A stretch of 64,000 nucleotides of DNA from Lingula anatina (Eukaryota; Animalia; Brachiopoda). The stretch spans positions 22,342,534-22,406,533 of the forward strand of contig CM120644.1 in the NCBI GenBank assembly GCA_051362555.1, read 5' to 3'. A program made the position numbers and the translations under genes. Positions 25,527 to 38,655 of the stretch are shown here, piece by piece (the stretch's first letter is position 1; each line of letters opens with the position of its first letter). Under the pieces are notes generated by a model, which made no database searches, was not told where the DNA came from, and saw only the letters and a list, made by a program, of their open reading frames with translations.

Positions 25527-28500
25527 GTTGGTATAACTTTTTCAACTTTACTCCGACCGTATCTACTATCTGAACTCGCCGTTGGTCTTCGAAATAACAA
25601 CCAGATTAAATTCATGTGCGCCTCGTTTTTATATGGAGACAACCAATCATGTGGCAACTGCGTCTCGATCTAATCACATGACGCCTCTTAGCTTCTTTAT
25701 TGTTACGCAATAAAGGCCATCTTATCTGGCGATCAATGCGACTTAATTGTCCTTACGGGAATTTAATAAGAAGAATTAAGTTATTTACCTGTCACACTAG
25801 TAGGCCTACTATAACAGGTAAATGCCCGAAATATGTGATGTAAGACAGGGAGTGAGGTACAAAATCTTGGAAATAATTTGCACAATGTGATCGTACTTTA
25901 TACAGGGAATTTTAATTATCTTTAAAAATCATGCATCAAAGTCAAAATAAACACGTCTTAATTGAAAATTGTCGCACAAAGATATACAAGACGGCCATAA
26001 TTGGGAATCGAGATAAGGGAGGTGTTATATACCTGTCACACCAGTACTTTTACAGGTAAATGCCAGAAATAGAGACTTGACCATCTTGGCAGCTCACCTG
26101 ACACTTGGATTTACACTTAGTAGGCGAGCTTGAGGGGACCTTTTAAAATTGTACGCACAGATTTTCAAAATTCCCAGCTACGGCTTAATGCACAGATAAA
26201 ATTAAAAGTGCCAAATATCATAGCTCAGTTTTCATCAGTAATAAAATCATCTGTTAAAGTAAAATACATTCCGGAAATTTAATTAATTTCCATTACATTA
26301 TTTCAGCCCGAACTAACGCTTTTTCTAGGATTGGGGTACAGGCTGTCAAAAATGGGGGGGGGGGGGGGGGAGTGGATAAAATGAAAAAAAAAATATTAAA
26401 AAAAAATAAAAAAAATTCAATGGGGAGGGAGGGTTACAAATAAGTAGTTTCGTCTTGACGGAATAACAGCGTGCACTAAATATTAAAGAAGTACCATTCA
26501 ACTGGGACGCATCATAAAAGCTGGACATGTCAAATTACTTTAAGATTTTTTTTTACAATTTCCACTGCCGCTCCGACAAGCTAAGACAAAGTTTAATTAT
26601 TTGCTTTTAATTGAAAAAAATGCCTCACTAGCCACCCTATTACTTTGGAGGGCTAAGCTGGAACAAGCCCATGTAAAATTCTTTGACGCTTCGCAGGAAA
26701 AATCTATTGTCATTTGTTTCTCTGGCTCGTTGTATAGCCCGATCTTCAGATTTTATCTAATGCCCCCAGGTCTGCTGGAACTGCTCTTTGAAAATAACGC
26801 ACAGACAGATTTTTACCTGAGATATATCAATTCAATTCAGCGAGAGCACGTTCGATACTTTCAAGACAAAAGCTACCAGAGAGCCGAAGGGCTCTTAACC
26901 TTCTAATAAAGAAGTAAAGGAAGTTCAGCTAGATTGACGATTAAAATAGGACTGTTGAAAGGAACTAGTATTGTTTACCTCAGTTGTGTGAAAGCAAACG
27001 AGAAGGGGGGTCAGAACATTGGTGCATATATAAATTATACAGAGGATTTGTACATTCAGATGACGTAAACGTACCATGTAGGTCTATTTCTTGAAAAAAC
27101 ACAGAATTTATAGAGAATATTATCATGGTTGGCCCAAAAAATTGCTCGCACAGTGCATTCGTGCGTATGCCTGGTTACACCCATGGGGGGGGGGAGTCGG
27201 CAGACCTCTCCCCCCCTCATCTTCTTCAAATGATCTTGGATCCGCCCCTGTAACCCAATTAAAATAAGTCAATATAACCGGCTGATGTTGGAATCTACGA
27301 TCCACAACTTGATAGAAAAAGGCATTTCTTTCTCATTTAAATTCTTTACTGGAAAATCTTTCGGCATTATTTTTACTTAAGTTTGGAGGTGTTGTAGAAC
27401 ATAGCCTATACTTGTACATAGGTAAAAATATGATTCATTGTACCACACGAAGCTTCATCTTAGTGCAAAAGAAAGAAACCTGTCTTTTGACCCGGGCGTA
27501 AAATAAACTTTCTTTTTATGTCTGCATGAGAAACGTGAAAGAGTTCGCTATAAAGTTATACCACAGTCGCAAGGATTAAAAATGCACTGTTGCATTCATC
27601 ATAGTCAACGAGTAACTTTGAGCGAGGTCGCCATTGGCTTAAACCCGGGGAGGTTTTGAAAAGCCATGACACCAGTGAGACCATAATTCCTAGATGATAT
27701 TCGGTTATGAGACTACCAGCTAGACATTGTATGAGAGGTCATAATACAAATGCACAGCAATAAGGTCCTGTATTTCAGTCACGACCCTCAGCTCCTAATT
27801 GATAAAATCGTGTAGCTCACATTCGGCCTTCATACTCAGTACGTGCCTTGCTTACAAACAACAAACTTAATATAAACCTAGGAAAGAGATTCCTCGAACA
27901 CGTAATTAGGGGTTTGCTGTTCCTGCAGCTTCATTAAGCATCAGTGTTGTGAACTATTTTCTACATATTTAAAAAAGCATAAATGTATATTCTCCTTAGT
28001 TAAGCTCAATCATATATTGGCAACATTAAACCATAACCTTCTTCGAAAACGTATGTAAGTAAAAATAACGATTGCATTGCTTGTCTGGAAGCATTTGTTT
28101 TTAAGATGAAGTTGTGGTTGAAGAAGGAGGTCCATTTCTGTAATTTATTGTTCATGTGTAGATTCCATTTATCGAGATTTATAAAATATTTTAAGAATAA
28201 AAAAACGAGTCAAATGAATATAAAGGGTGGCGCACGTAATCTCACAACAATGGGGTGGAGGAGAGGTTATATATAAATATATAATTACACGCATCTAGGT
28301 GTCAAATATGTTGTTTACAACAGTCTCTCCCTGTTCACGGTTGATGACGCTGAGATTTACAGTGTGAATCAATGATTAGATCTATCTGAGCATCGCCGAC
28401 AGGGAACTGTACATCAAAGAATGGTACTTAAGATTCGATTAATAGATAAGAGTGGTGTGTGGCTAAGTTTACTATGACACCTTGAAATCATAAACAGTAC

Positions 28501-29264
28501 GACAGGTACATTTCAGGTGACTGAAACGGAAGCAACCTAGCTACGCAAATTCTCATCTTTTGAGGTTTATTTTCCCTACACATTTCGTCATAGAATCGAT
28601 TTAGTTTGGTTAGCTCAAAATGATCCTTAGCTAAGGTTTATAGTAGATAAGTAAATCATACCGTTTCAAACAAAGCCACAATTCCTATTTCTTCTAAATA
28701 GGCATCGTGTTCTGTCTATTTCGTACAAGAGTTTTACGATTATGGGAACAAATGGGAAAGGTGCAAAGTTTTTTTTTATTAAAGTCTGCTGTCACAAAAT
28801 TTTAAAAAATCCACAATGAACGCTTACAAGTACTATAGAAGAACAATGTTCCTTTAAACAGTCGCAGTAAATAACTAAAACTAGATAATTAAGTTATTCG
28901 TAACATGCTCAAAGATGAAAGCTCTTCGTTGTGCGGAATAATAAAATAAAGGCGTCTTGTTAAAAGCAGTCTTTTAGATTATCTTAGTGAAGTCCTTGCT
29001 ACAGTAATGTCCAGTTAACAGGTAAAAAGGGCGCACTTCCCTCCTTATATACCAGTGGGTGCTGGAAAATTAAAGATTACTTCTGACCAATGACAGTCGG
29101 TCTACCCCAGTGACTCCTCCCGCACCCTACTCCAACCCACCCTACCCTACCCTACTACTTACCTGTACGCAAAATTATTGCCACAAGTTTAGTTGGACTA
29201 TTTTAAGCATTGCACAGGGATTTACAGCACTTGTGTTTGGTATCTTCGAGATAAGATATTTGGC

Positions 29265-30052
29265 ATGGCTGGACAAAGGAAAAGTATGAAAGGTGCATAC
29301 ACCGGTCTATCACGGACAACTAAGTGGAGAAAAAAAATTAACAAACACGGCGTCCCTGAACAGATAGCACCACCCTCATGCACAACTGACACATTGAGTT
29401 CAGAATATGCAGACATCGTTGATTTTGAAGATGTGCACGAGGTTTTGCCTCAGTCTGATGAGTTGACAGAGAGTGAGCAACCGCACGAATTCGACGACGT
29501 ACAAACTGACGAAGATAAGCCATTGTATGAGGGATGCGGTCTTACTGTAGCCAGTAGCATGTTACTTATAGTCACCTTCGCTTTACGACACAACTTAACC
29601 GGAGTCGCGTTAAGTGACTTGCTTGCTTTGATAGAAATTCACTGCCTGGCCGATAATCTTTGTCGCAGCACGATGTCGATGTATAGACAATTCTTCCAGA
29701 CACTAAAGACACCGCTCATTTTCAATTACTATTGCGAAAGTTGTTATATGGATTTAGGACTCTCCCAGCCGGATGGATGTTCAAACTGCAATGGCACCGT
29801 GAAACATTTTCTGAAGATTCCGACTGGGAACCAGTTGGAAAAAATTCTAAGCGGTAAGTGATTTTTTTAAAAAATCAATAGAGTCTACTATTTTGTCGGT
29901 TAATTATACGGGTTTAGGCCTATATAGTTCGAGTTTGTCTACTGGTATGTGAATATCATTGGTAAACTTAGTTTGTAGATTTAAACTAGGTCTAATCCAG
30001 ATTTAATGAAAGTGCAATGTGTCACGCTTCGTTATCGTGCAATTATTTTATT

Positions 30053-30099
<47 letters not shown>

Positions 30100-30943
30100 T
30101 AATCCTGTTTTACAAGTGTTAAAAAATTGCTTGTTGATCAAGGTTAGCCAGATAATATTCCAAAATTGACCCCTCTGTCATTAAATCTCTGAGAGTATTT
30201 AAAAAAATCAGAATTTTTAGCTTCTAATTGGCTTTCGATTAGACCTTCGATTAGCTGTTTAGGCTCACGGCATTCTTGCGCACTCTTGTGATATTCTTCA
30301 GAAAAAAAAAAATCAAGACGAGGACATGGCATTTCGTGAACGATCGTTTATTAATAATGAACACAAAAAGAAGATGATTAATGTTTATTTTGTTAGTACA
30401 TTGGGTGGTTAAATTTGATGCTGATATAAGATCTAAGTAACAACAATAATTTAGCTCGTCTTGGATCGTCTTGGTCTGTAATGGTCAAAAAGTATAAACT
30501 AAAGCGGCGATATATCATTTAACTTTTATGTCAAATTTCAGCACAGTTTAAAGATTATGACATCGTGTGTAAAAGAAGGTGCGGTAATACGAATTATTTT
30601 TCTTAAATATGTGCTCCCAGCTAACAAAAGAGTTGCGTTTGAAAAATGTTTTCAAGGAAGCTGTTGAAATAAGCACTGTTCAGGGCTATTCCGTGGTATA
30701 TTTTTTGGTGGCGTTTTGGTTAGGCATGCCATTGGCACTTCAAAAGAAATTAAAAGAAATATAATAATGGTATGTCCACTAACGAAATGTTTGCCCTAGG
30801 TTAATAAGTTATATCAATGCAAACCCTACAATAGCAAAGGGAAAAGTCATGGTAGCTTAACTGTTAATTTTAATATTAATCCTCCAGTATGTGTTGGAAT
30901 CTAATTTTCAAAATGTAGGGCACGGTGGATAGCCCATACCGTG

Positions 30944-30985
<42 letters not shown>

Positions 30986-33900
30986 GTTTGGAAGGACATT
31001 TGACCCTTCAGGTGAACATATTAAAAAAAGTTGAAAGACATTTCTTTAATATTTATTCCTCTGTATCGAAGTTATATTTAAGCAAAAACTTAGGTAAAAT
31101 AAAAGTTACTTAAAAATTATGTAATATAATAAATAATTAGCATCTCAGCAGGACGTGAAATGGACATGGAATTTTAACTTTTAGCTTTAACACCAAAGCT
31201 CTGTCTGTGGAGATATTTTTAAAGTCGGATACATCTTTAAATAGTATTTCGGACATGAAAGAGGTAATCTAACCACATTTATTCATTATATACAATAAAG
31301 TGTTTAAATTAAAATAACTTCAAAAGTATTCATTCAAATGAAGTGTTTCACAGTTTAGAAATTCTTTTATATATGATGCATTTTAATTAAAATTATCTTG
31401 AAAGACATAAGGGTTGATGCATTGGTCACCTGACCTCTTATAGTCCAATCAAAATGCCTCATGTCATCCCAGTGCTAGGTTTCATGTTTAATGCTTATAT
31501 AATTTAATTCAATTTCTCATTGAAGTAGTTCTAAGCAAATTTTTTTTATATCTTGTTTGCTCAGCATGTTTGAGGATATTATGAAGTTATAAGTTGTTAG
31601 CTTTTGTAGTTACTAGTACTGAGAAAATCATCTTGGAAGGACAAATTGATATGAATCCATTATTTTATAATCAAATACATATGAATCTAACGCACTTGAC
31701 TAAATGTAAGAGAGAAGTTATATTTAATGTATATAGCCTTTATTGTTTAAAATGATCACTATTATGAAAAATATATCAAAAATACCACGGAATGACCCTG
31801 ATGTTTATCCTCCAAGAAGTAATGAACACAATATTACTTTATTAAGTATAACCTGTTTATCACTTTTTGTTACCATCAGTCCAAAAATAATAAAATCCAT
31901 GGTGTCAGTTGTCAGCTTAACCTAACCCCAATCTCTAATGAACCGCTAGGTGGAGAACAAACAGCACAAAGCTCTTGCAGCCCATACAGTTTGTAAATTT
32001 ATTTCATCATATATTATTACAGTTTATAGAACCTGCTGGTTACATTTATCAGAATAACATTAACAGTGTAGAACATTGGGAAAGCTTTCTCCTAATGTTT
32101 ACAGACAGTTTAAAATAGTGGCAACATTATCAATATATTCTGTTTTAGCTGGGGCAAAATCACATCAAATTTTTATGGCAAACTTTTTTATTTTGGTATC
32201 CCTTTAAAGTTTTAAAAATACTTTGTTGGTTTTTAAATCTTTTTTTAAGTAGACTACCTTTAAGAAGTTACTATTAAAATGGCTCATGACCCTTTTATTT
32301 TTTACAATTTTTAGAATAATTTTCTAAATTTAGGTTCATGTCATTATTTTTGTGGGCAACATTAGGCCTACATACTTCTAAATAAATTTACATGCACAAA
32401 TTCACTTTTTAGGACCAGATGTTCTTCAAGAACTAAAACAAACCAAAGAAAGCTTACGACATCGAGATGGGTCTATAAGGGATGTGTATGACGGTCAACT
32501 TTACAAAGACCATTTCAACACCTCTGGATATTTTCAAGGTTTGTACAGAAAACTTCATTGTATAGAATTATTGTACTGTATTTTACTCATGATTGTTTTG
32601 AATTTAGAAGGTCTTTTAAAAATCAGACCTGAGATAATCTGCCCCCTGGCTGTCACTGTCATTGGTTAAACTAGGAAGCCACTGCATAAAACCAAGTAAA
32701 TTAATATAAATATGTATATGTAATACTAATATGTATTTTCAGGATGTTCCAGTGAGCTCAATGAGCTACATTTATCCTTACAAGTGAACACTGATGGAGC
32801 AGCTTTATTCCGTTCATCAAAGTTTAGTGTGTGGCCACTGTATGCTGTGATCAATGAGTTACCCCCTAAGAAAAGGTATGACATGATTAATCATCAAGAT
32901 TTACTCCACTCAAAATGCAAACACAATAAAAAGGGGAAAAGTTAAAAAAAAAACACCTAAGAGTGAAATATGCATCAGAAGAAAACGTTCCTATACATAA
33001 TTTAAAATCACAAAAAATTATTTGTATATGAAATTTGCTGTGTTATTACTGCATAAAATTGGACTATAGAGAAGCCTATTTTTTGTTTTTTATTCAGTCC
33101 TTCTTGTGACATAACCAAAATGACCTACAGTTGCCATTGAGGAAAAAGTGTCAATTGTTTAAGTCAGTAATTAATTGCCTGGTATTGTAAAGCAAATCTT
33201 GTACCTTACTTATGGTCTGTTAATTTCAGTACCACCAGGATTACATTTAATTTAAAATGTTTATGTGAAAGAGACACCCTTGCTTAAATCTAGTATTAAA
33301 CAATGAGCACCTGCATTATTGAGCATGTGGAATTATTCAAGTATGTTATTAGGGCTTTGATCCTACAATCTAAAAATATATTTTATGTCCTATTTCTGCT
33401 TTGCTTTCTTAGGTACACTAGAGATAACAGGTTGTTTCTTGGCTTATGGTTTGGTTATCAGAAACCAAATATGAAACTTTTCCTGGGATCTTTGTTGAAT
33501 GAATTCCATTCATTATTTGAAGGTATTTATAACCATCTTAATGCTATTTCGCTTATCAAATCCATAGTTGTAATATATACAGCAATATATAGTATTACAT
33601 CTCAAAAATTGGTTTCATGTACATCAGGCTTTTTTGTTTGTTCATAATAGAGATATGAGGTATAGATAAGTTTGGTTTAAACCCTTTTACAGATGCTGCA
33701 AACACACTCATAAATCTGACTTTAGTGGTACCGCACTAGGGTATTTAACATGACAAACATTTAATAAGGCTGGCATTTCATTATTATTATTTTTCACATT
33801 CTAATAAATAAATGATTTTCAGTTTCAGTGAAGTACTTGGCATGAGTTAATTATTTTTTGTTTATATTTAAGGTGTGAGCATGACCATCACTTCTGTACC

Positions 33901-35368
33901 AACAAAAGTGCGCGCCATCATAATTTCATCAGTAGCAGATGCTCCTGCACGATGTCTCATGAGTGAAATGGTGCAGTTTAATGGAAACTTTGGGTGCCCA
34001 TGTTGTTATAGCAGAGGTGAAACTTGTTTTTTAAGTGAGCGTGGAAAATCACACATCTATCCTTTTGAAACTGACCAAGAATCAGGCCATGCACAGACTC
34101 GAACACATAAGGATACGCTGAAATATGCTGCTGAGGTTGAGAGAAACTATTTGAATGGAAAGCGTAGAGAAGTGCAACCAATAATGGGTGTCAAAGGAGT
34201 GTCTATGATGTCATTTTTGCCTAAATTTGATATTATTAGAGGCCAGAGTATTGATTATATGCATTGCGTTCTTCTCGGTTTAGTGAAAATGATGATCTCT
34301 TTATGGGTCGGAGCAGACACAAGGAATGAAAAATGGTCACTATATTCTATGATCGAGACAGTGAACATGAGATTGAAAAACATGGCCCCAAACAGACTCA
34401 TTTCCCGCATGCCTAGAGGAATTGATAATTTTGGAGACTGGAAGGCATCTGAGTTTCGTACCTTTCTCATATTTTATTCATTGCCTGTTTTGTATGATAT
34501 ACTCCCACCAGAATTTCTTGCTCATTTTACTCATTTGGTCATAGGAACTTATTTACTTCTTAAGTCTTGCATAATGAAAAATGACTTAGACAAAGCAAGT
34601 TACCATTTCAAAAAATTCAATATAGGTTTAGATAAACTTTATGGAGAAAGGTACTGTACGTTTAATGCGCATTCTTTACTACATTTGGTTTCAAAAGTCA
34701 AAGATCTGGGTCCACTGTGGGCCCACAGCTGTTTTTTTTATGAAAGCTTGAATGGCGACCTCAGGAAGCAGTTTCACGGCACTCAGCAAGCAGAAATGCA
34801 AATCGTCACTGCGGTTTGCATACAGCAGAAATTACCTCAGCTTATTGAAAAAGAGAAGGATGGTGCCGTGCAGGCCCTGCTGCAACAAATGACAAAGCGG
34901 TCAAGTTTAAAATTTTCAGGCCGTATAGGGAATGCGTCTCACATACTAGGACCTAGTTCTGATTTTGTACCTCCCACTTATATTGCCCACATTTTGACAA
35001 GAATTGTTGGTGCGGTTTTTAAGTGTGCAAAATTTTTAAGAGTTTACCAGAAAGGATTTGTTTTTTGCAGCAAGTCGTACAAGGCAGTAAAAAAAAGAAA
35101 TTCCTTTACTGCAAAGTGGGAAGAGGGCTTTTGTGAAATTCAATATTTTATCAAATGCGGTGCTGTTAATGGTTACAGATATTTTGCAATTATTAAAGAA
35201 CTGAATGAATGTAGTGAAAATTTATTTCTGTCATGTCATATTAAGAAAGTTATTTCTGGGAAAATTAAAGTTATAGATATTAGCCAGTTAGAAGAACCGT
35301 TAATGTATATGTGTAGTGATTCTAAACAATTTGTGGCTCAATTCCCTAATTTTGTAGAGAAAGATTAG
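29265..35368 (+). CDS. EnSpm/CACTA-type DDE transposase (Transposase_21/DUF4218-like), 5 exons, 817 aa
   Basis: Exons 29265-29853, 32413-32538, 32743-32875, 33413-33522 and 33873-35368 splice in frame (2454 nt). Motifs: DVYDGQLY, LQVNTDG..LFRSSKFSVWP..INELPP, ADAPAR, GCPCC, IDYMHCVLLG, WKASEFR, NAHSLLHL, GPLWAHSCFFYESLNG. Confidence 0.92.
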
Positions 35369-35756
35369 TAGTTGTAGTTATATCTTACTGGCAGTTTTTT
35401 TTTTTTTTAATTTATTATTATTATTTTTTTGCAATTTGTTTATTCACTTGGTTAAGAGTATTTTGTTAACGTATTATGAGGTCTTACACTTGTTGAAAAA
35501 CTCTATCTGTGAGCATATTCCGGTATAAGTAAACAAGTAAACTAACTATTTACAATAAATAGTAGTGCTCATCTAAGATTGCACAGTATGAAACCTCTGT
35601 CGTTTCTTTTTACTTTTCTGGATGATTGACGTTCAAAGGGACAACAGTATTTAAATGAATTGCATAGGCCAATTCTATTCATTATTAGAAAGTCTCCGAA
35701 GTTTGTAAGACAAAATTGAAGATGATCGAGCGTGAATAAGTAGACTGAACACGCCG

Positions 35757-36915
35757 ATCATTTAAGCAATGTTTTTGCAGTTGATTTGCAGTAGTAACCT
35801 TTTCCCCAACAAAACGACAAAGTTCTCGTAGTAGAATTGAAGTATATAGAAACGCGCCAATTATTTAAGCAATGTTTTTGCAGTAGTAACCTTTTCCCCA
35901 ACAAAACGACAAAGTTCTCGTAGTAGAATTGAAGTAGATAGAAACGCGCTTATCATTTAAGCAATGTTTTTGCAGTAGATTTGCAGTAGTAACCTTTTCC
36001 CCAACAAAACGACAATGTTCTCGTAGTAGAATTGAAGTAGATAGAAACGCGACGATCATTTAAGCAATGTTTTTGCAGTAGATTTGCAGTAGTAACCTTT
36101 TCCCCAACAAAACGACAAAGTTCTCGTAGTAGAATTGAAGTAGATAGAAACGCGCTTATCATTTTAGCAATGTTTTTGCAGTAGATTTGCAGTAGTAACC
36201 TTTTCCCCAACAAAACGACAAAGTTCTCATAGGAGAATTGAAGTAGACTGAACACGCCGATCATTTAAGCAATGTTTTTGCAGTAGATTTGCAGTAGTAA
36301 CCTTTTCCCCAACAAAACGACAAAGTTCTCGTAGTAGAATTGAAGTAGATAGAAACGCGCTTATCATTTAAGCAATGTTTTTGCAGTAGATTTGCAGTAG
36401 TAACCTTTTCCCCAACAAAACGACAAAGTTCACGTAGTAGAATTGAAGTAGATAGAAACGAGCCGATCATTTAAGCAATGTTTTTGCAGTAGATTTGCAG
36501 TAGTAACCTTTTCCCCAACTAAACGACAAAGTTCTCGTAGTAGAATTGAAGTAGATAGAAACGCGCCGATCATTTAAGCAATGTTTTTGCAGTAGATTTG
36601 CAGTAGTAACCTTTTCCCCAACAAAACGACAAAGTTCTCGTAGTAGAATTGAAGTAGACTGAACACGCCGATCATTTTAGCAATGTTTTTGCAGTAGATT
36701 TGCAGTAGTAACCTTTTCCCCAACAAAACGACAAAGTTCTCGTAGTAGAATTGAAGTAGATAGAAACGCGCTTATCATTTTAGCAATGTTTTTGCAGTAG
36801 ATTTGCAGTAGTAACCTTTTCCCCAACTAAACGACAAAGTTCTCGTAGTAGAATTGAAGTAGATAGAAACGCGACGATCATTTAAGCAATGTTTTTGCAG
36901 TAGATTTGCAGTAGG
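35757..36915 (+). repeat. Right subterminal tandem array, 102-103-bp unit, about 11 copies
   Basis: Unit ATCATTTAAGCAATGTTTTTGCAGTAGATTTGCAGTAGTAACCTTTTCCCCAACAAAACGACAAAGTTCTCGTAGTAGAATTGAAGTAGATAGAAACGCG..., with starts at 36055, 36158, 36260, 36363 and onward. Confidence 0.95.
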
Positions 36916-38655
36916 ATTGAAATGCCATAAAAGCGACAGACTCAGAGCAGTAGAAACGAAGCAAACCAATGGTTATTAAACCAAGCTGCTTAATTTCTAC
37001 TTCGATATGAAGTATATTTAAAGTAGAAGACTGCTATCGTAACGCATGCTACTTCGAAACTGCTGCACGCAGAGTAGAAATGCAGTATTGTACTACTGCG
37101 GCGAAGCATTATGCTTCCTTTCTACTGTGATTTTATGAAGCATGGTTGCAGTAGAATGCTACTTCTGGGAAGTATATACTGCATCCATACCTCAAATCGA
37201 AGCAGATTTGAGGCATGCTTGCAGCGTAATTGCAGTAGTCTACTGCGCTGGAGCATCTACTGCGTTTTCGTGCGGGATGAAATGATTCACACTGGAGAAA
37301 AACCATTCAAATGCCAGTATTGTGAAAAAAGTTTTACTGTCAAAAGCTATTGTATAAAACATGAAATGATTCACACTGGAGAAAAACCATTCAAATGCCA
37401 GTACTGTGAAAAGCGTTTTACTTTCAAAAGTCTGTGTAAACAACATTTAATAGTTCACACTGGAGAAAAGCCATTCAAATGCCAGTATTGTGATAAGAGT
37501 TTTAGTCACAAAAGAACATGTATAAAACATGAAAAGATTCATAGCGGAGAAAAACCATTCAAATGCCAGTACTGTGTAAAGAGTTTTACTTTCAAAAGTC
37601 AGTGTAAACAACATGAAATGGTTCACACTGGAGAAAAGCCATTCAAATGCCAGTTTTGTGAAAAGAGTTTTACTTGCAAAAGTCGGTGTAAACAACATGA
37701 AATGATTCACACTGGAGAAATGCCATTCAAATGCCAGTATTGTGATAAGAGTTTTAGTGTCAAAAGCGCACGTGTACGACATGAAAGGACCCACACTGGA
37801 GAAAAACCATTCAAATGTCAGTATTGTGAAAAGTGTTTTAATGTTAAACATAAGTGTACACAGCATGAAATGATTCACACTGGAGAAAAGCCATTCAAAT
37901 GCCAGTATTGTGATAAGAGTTTTAGTGTCAAAAGAACATGTATAAAACATGAAATGATTCACAGTAGAGAAAAACCATTCAAATGTCAGTATTGTGAAAA
38001 AGGTTTTATTGAAAAACAATGTTGTATAGAACATGAAAAAACTCACACTGACCAAAAATTATTCAAATGCCTGCATTGTGAAAAAAGTTTTAGTGTCAAA
38101 AATAAATGTGAACAACATAAAATGATTAACACTGGGGTTTCATCTCTGCCTATGAAAAAGGAACCTCAAGAAGAGGATAATCTGTATATGACAATGGTTT
38201 CACTACAGTCTATAAAAATGGAATTCAAAGATGATTATATGCCACATGGGACAAAAGTAGAGATGGAAGCTTATACAGAAACCAAAGTCAAAGTCGAGTT
38301 AAATGATGACAATGCTCCAGACGTGAGACCTGAGATCTATCCAGTAGCAATGTTTAGAAATGTGTTTGCAGACACTGATCAGTGATGATTGATGAATGAT
38401 AATATAATAAAAAATATACATTGAGCACATGAAGAAAGTTCTTTATTTTAATTATTTGATTGGGAATTATGTTTAAAGATGTTTTGGAGACAGTTATTTT
38501 AACTGAAAACTGGTGCATGCATTCATGGAGACTGTATTAGTTATTATATTTATGACTGAAAACAGGTCTGCCAGGACATGCATTCATTGAATATTTCTGG
38601 AACTTGACTACCTTAATTGCATGTGGATGGGTCATTTACAGAGACTGTCTACATA

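Larger units (their letters stand above)
18519..37276. mobile_element. 18,758-bp EnSpm/CACTA (CMC)-type DNA transposon, putatively autonomous
   Basis: TIR CCCGCACAAAAATGCAGTAG versus CCCGCACGAAAACGCAGTAG (18/20). The 2-bp TSD AT is confirmed by the empty site GGAAACATGAAATG in gene C at about 10722-10735. It has subterminal tandem arrays at both ends and a Transposase_21-type gene. Confidence 0.93.
18255..38385 (+). pseudogene. C2H2 zinc-finger gene E (paralog of C), split by the 18.8-kb element
   Basis: Joining 18255-18518 to 37279-38385 gives a near-identical copy of gene C. The insertion lies in finger 3, at the His codon of CRKH. Confidence 0.93.

Noticed and set aside
35865-36969. Repeated short ORFs and CRISPR-like appearance of the right array
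   Set aside because: Head-to-tail 102-103-bp near-identical units with no spacer diversity.
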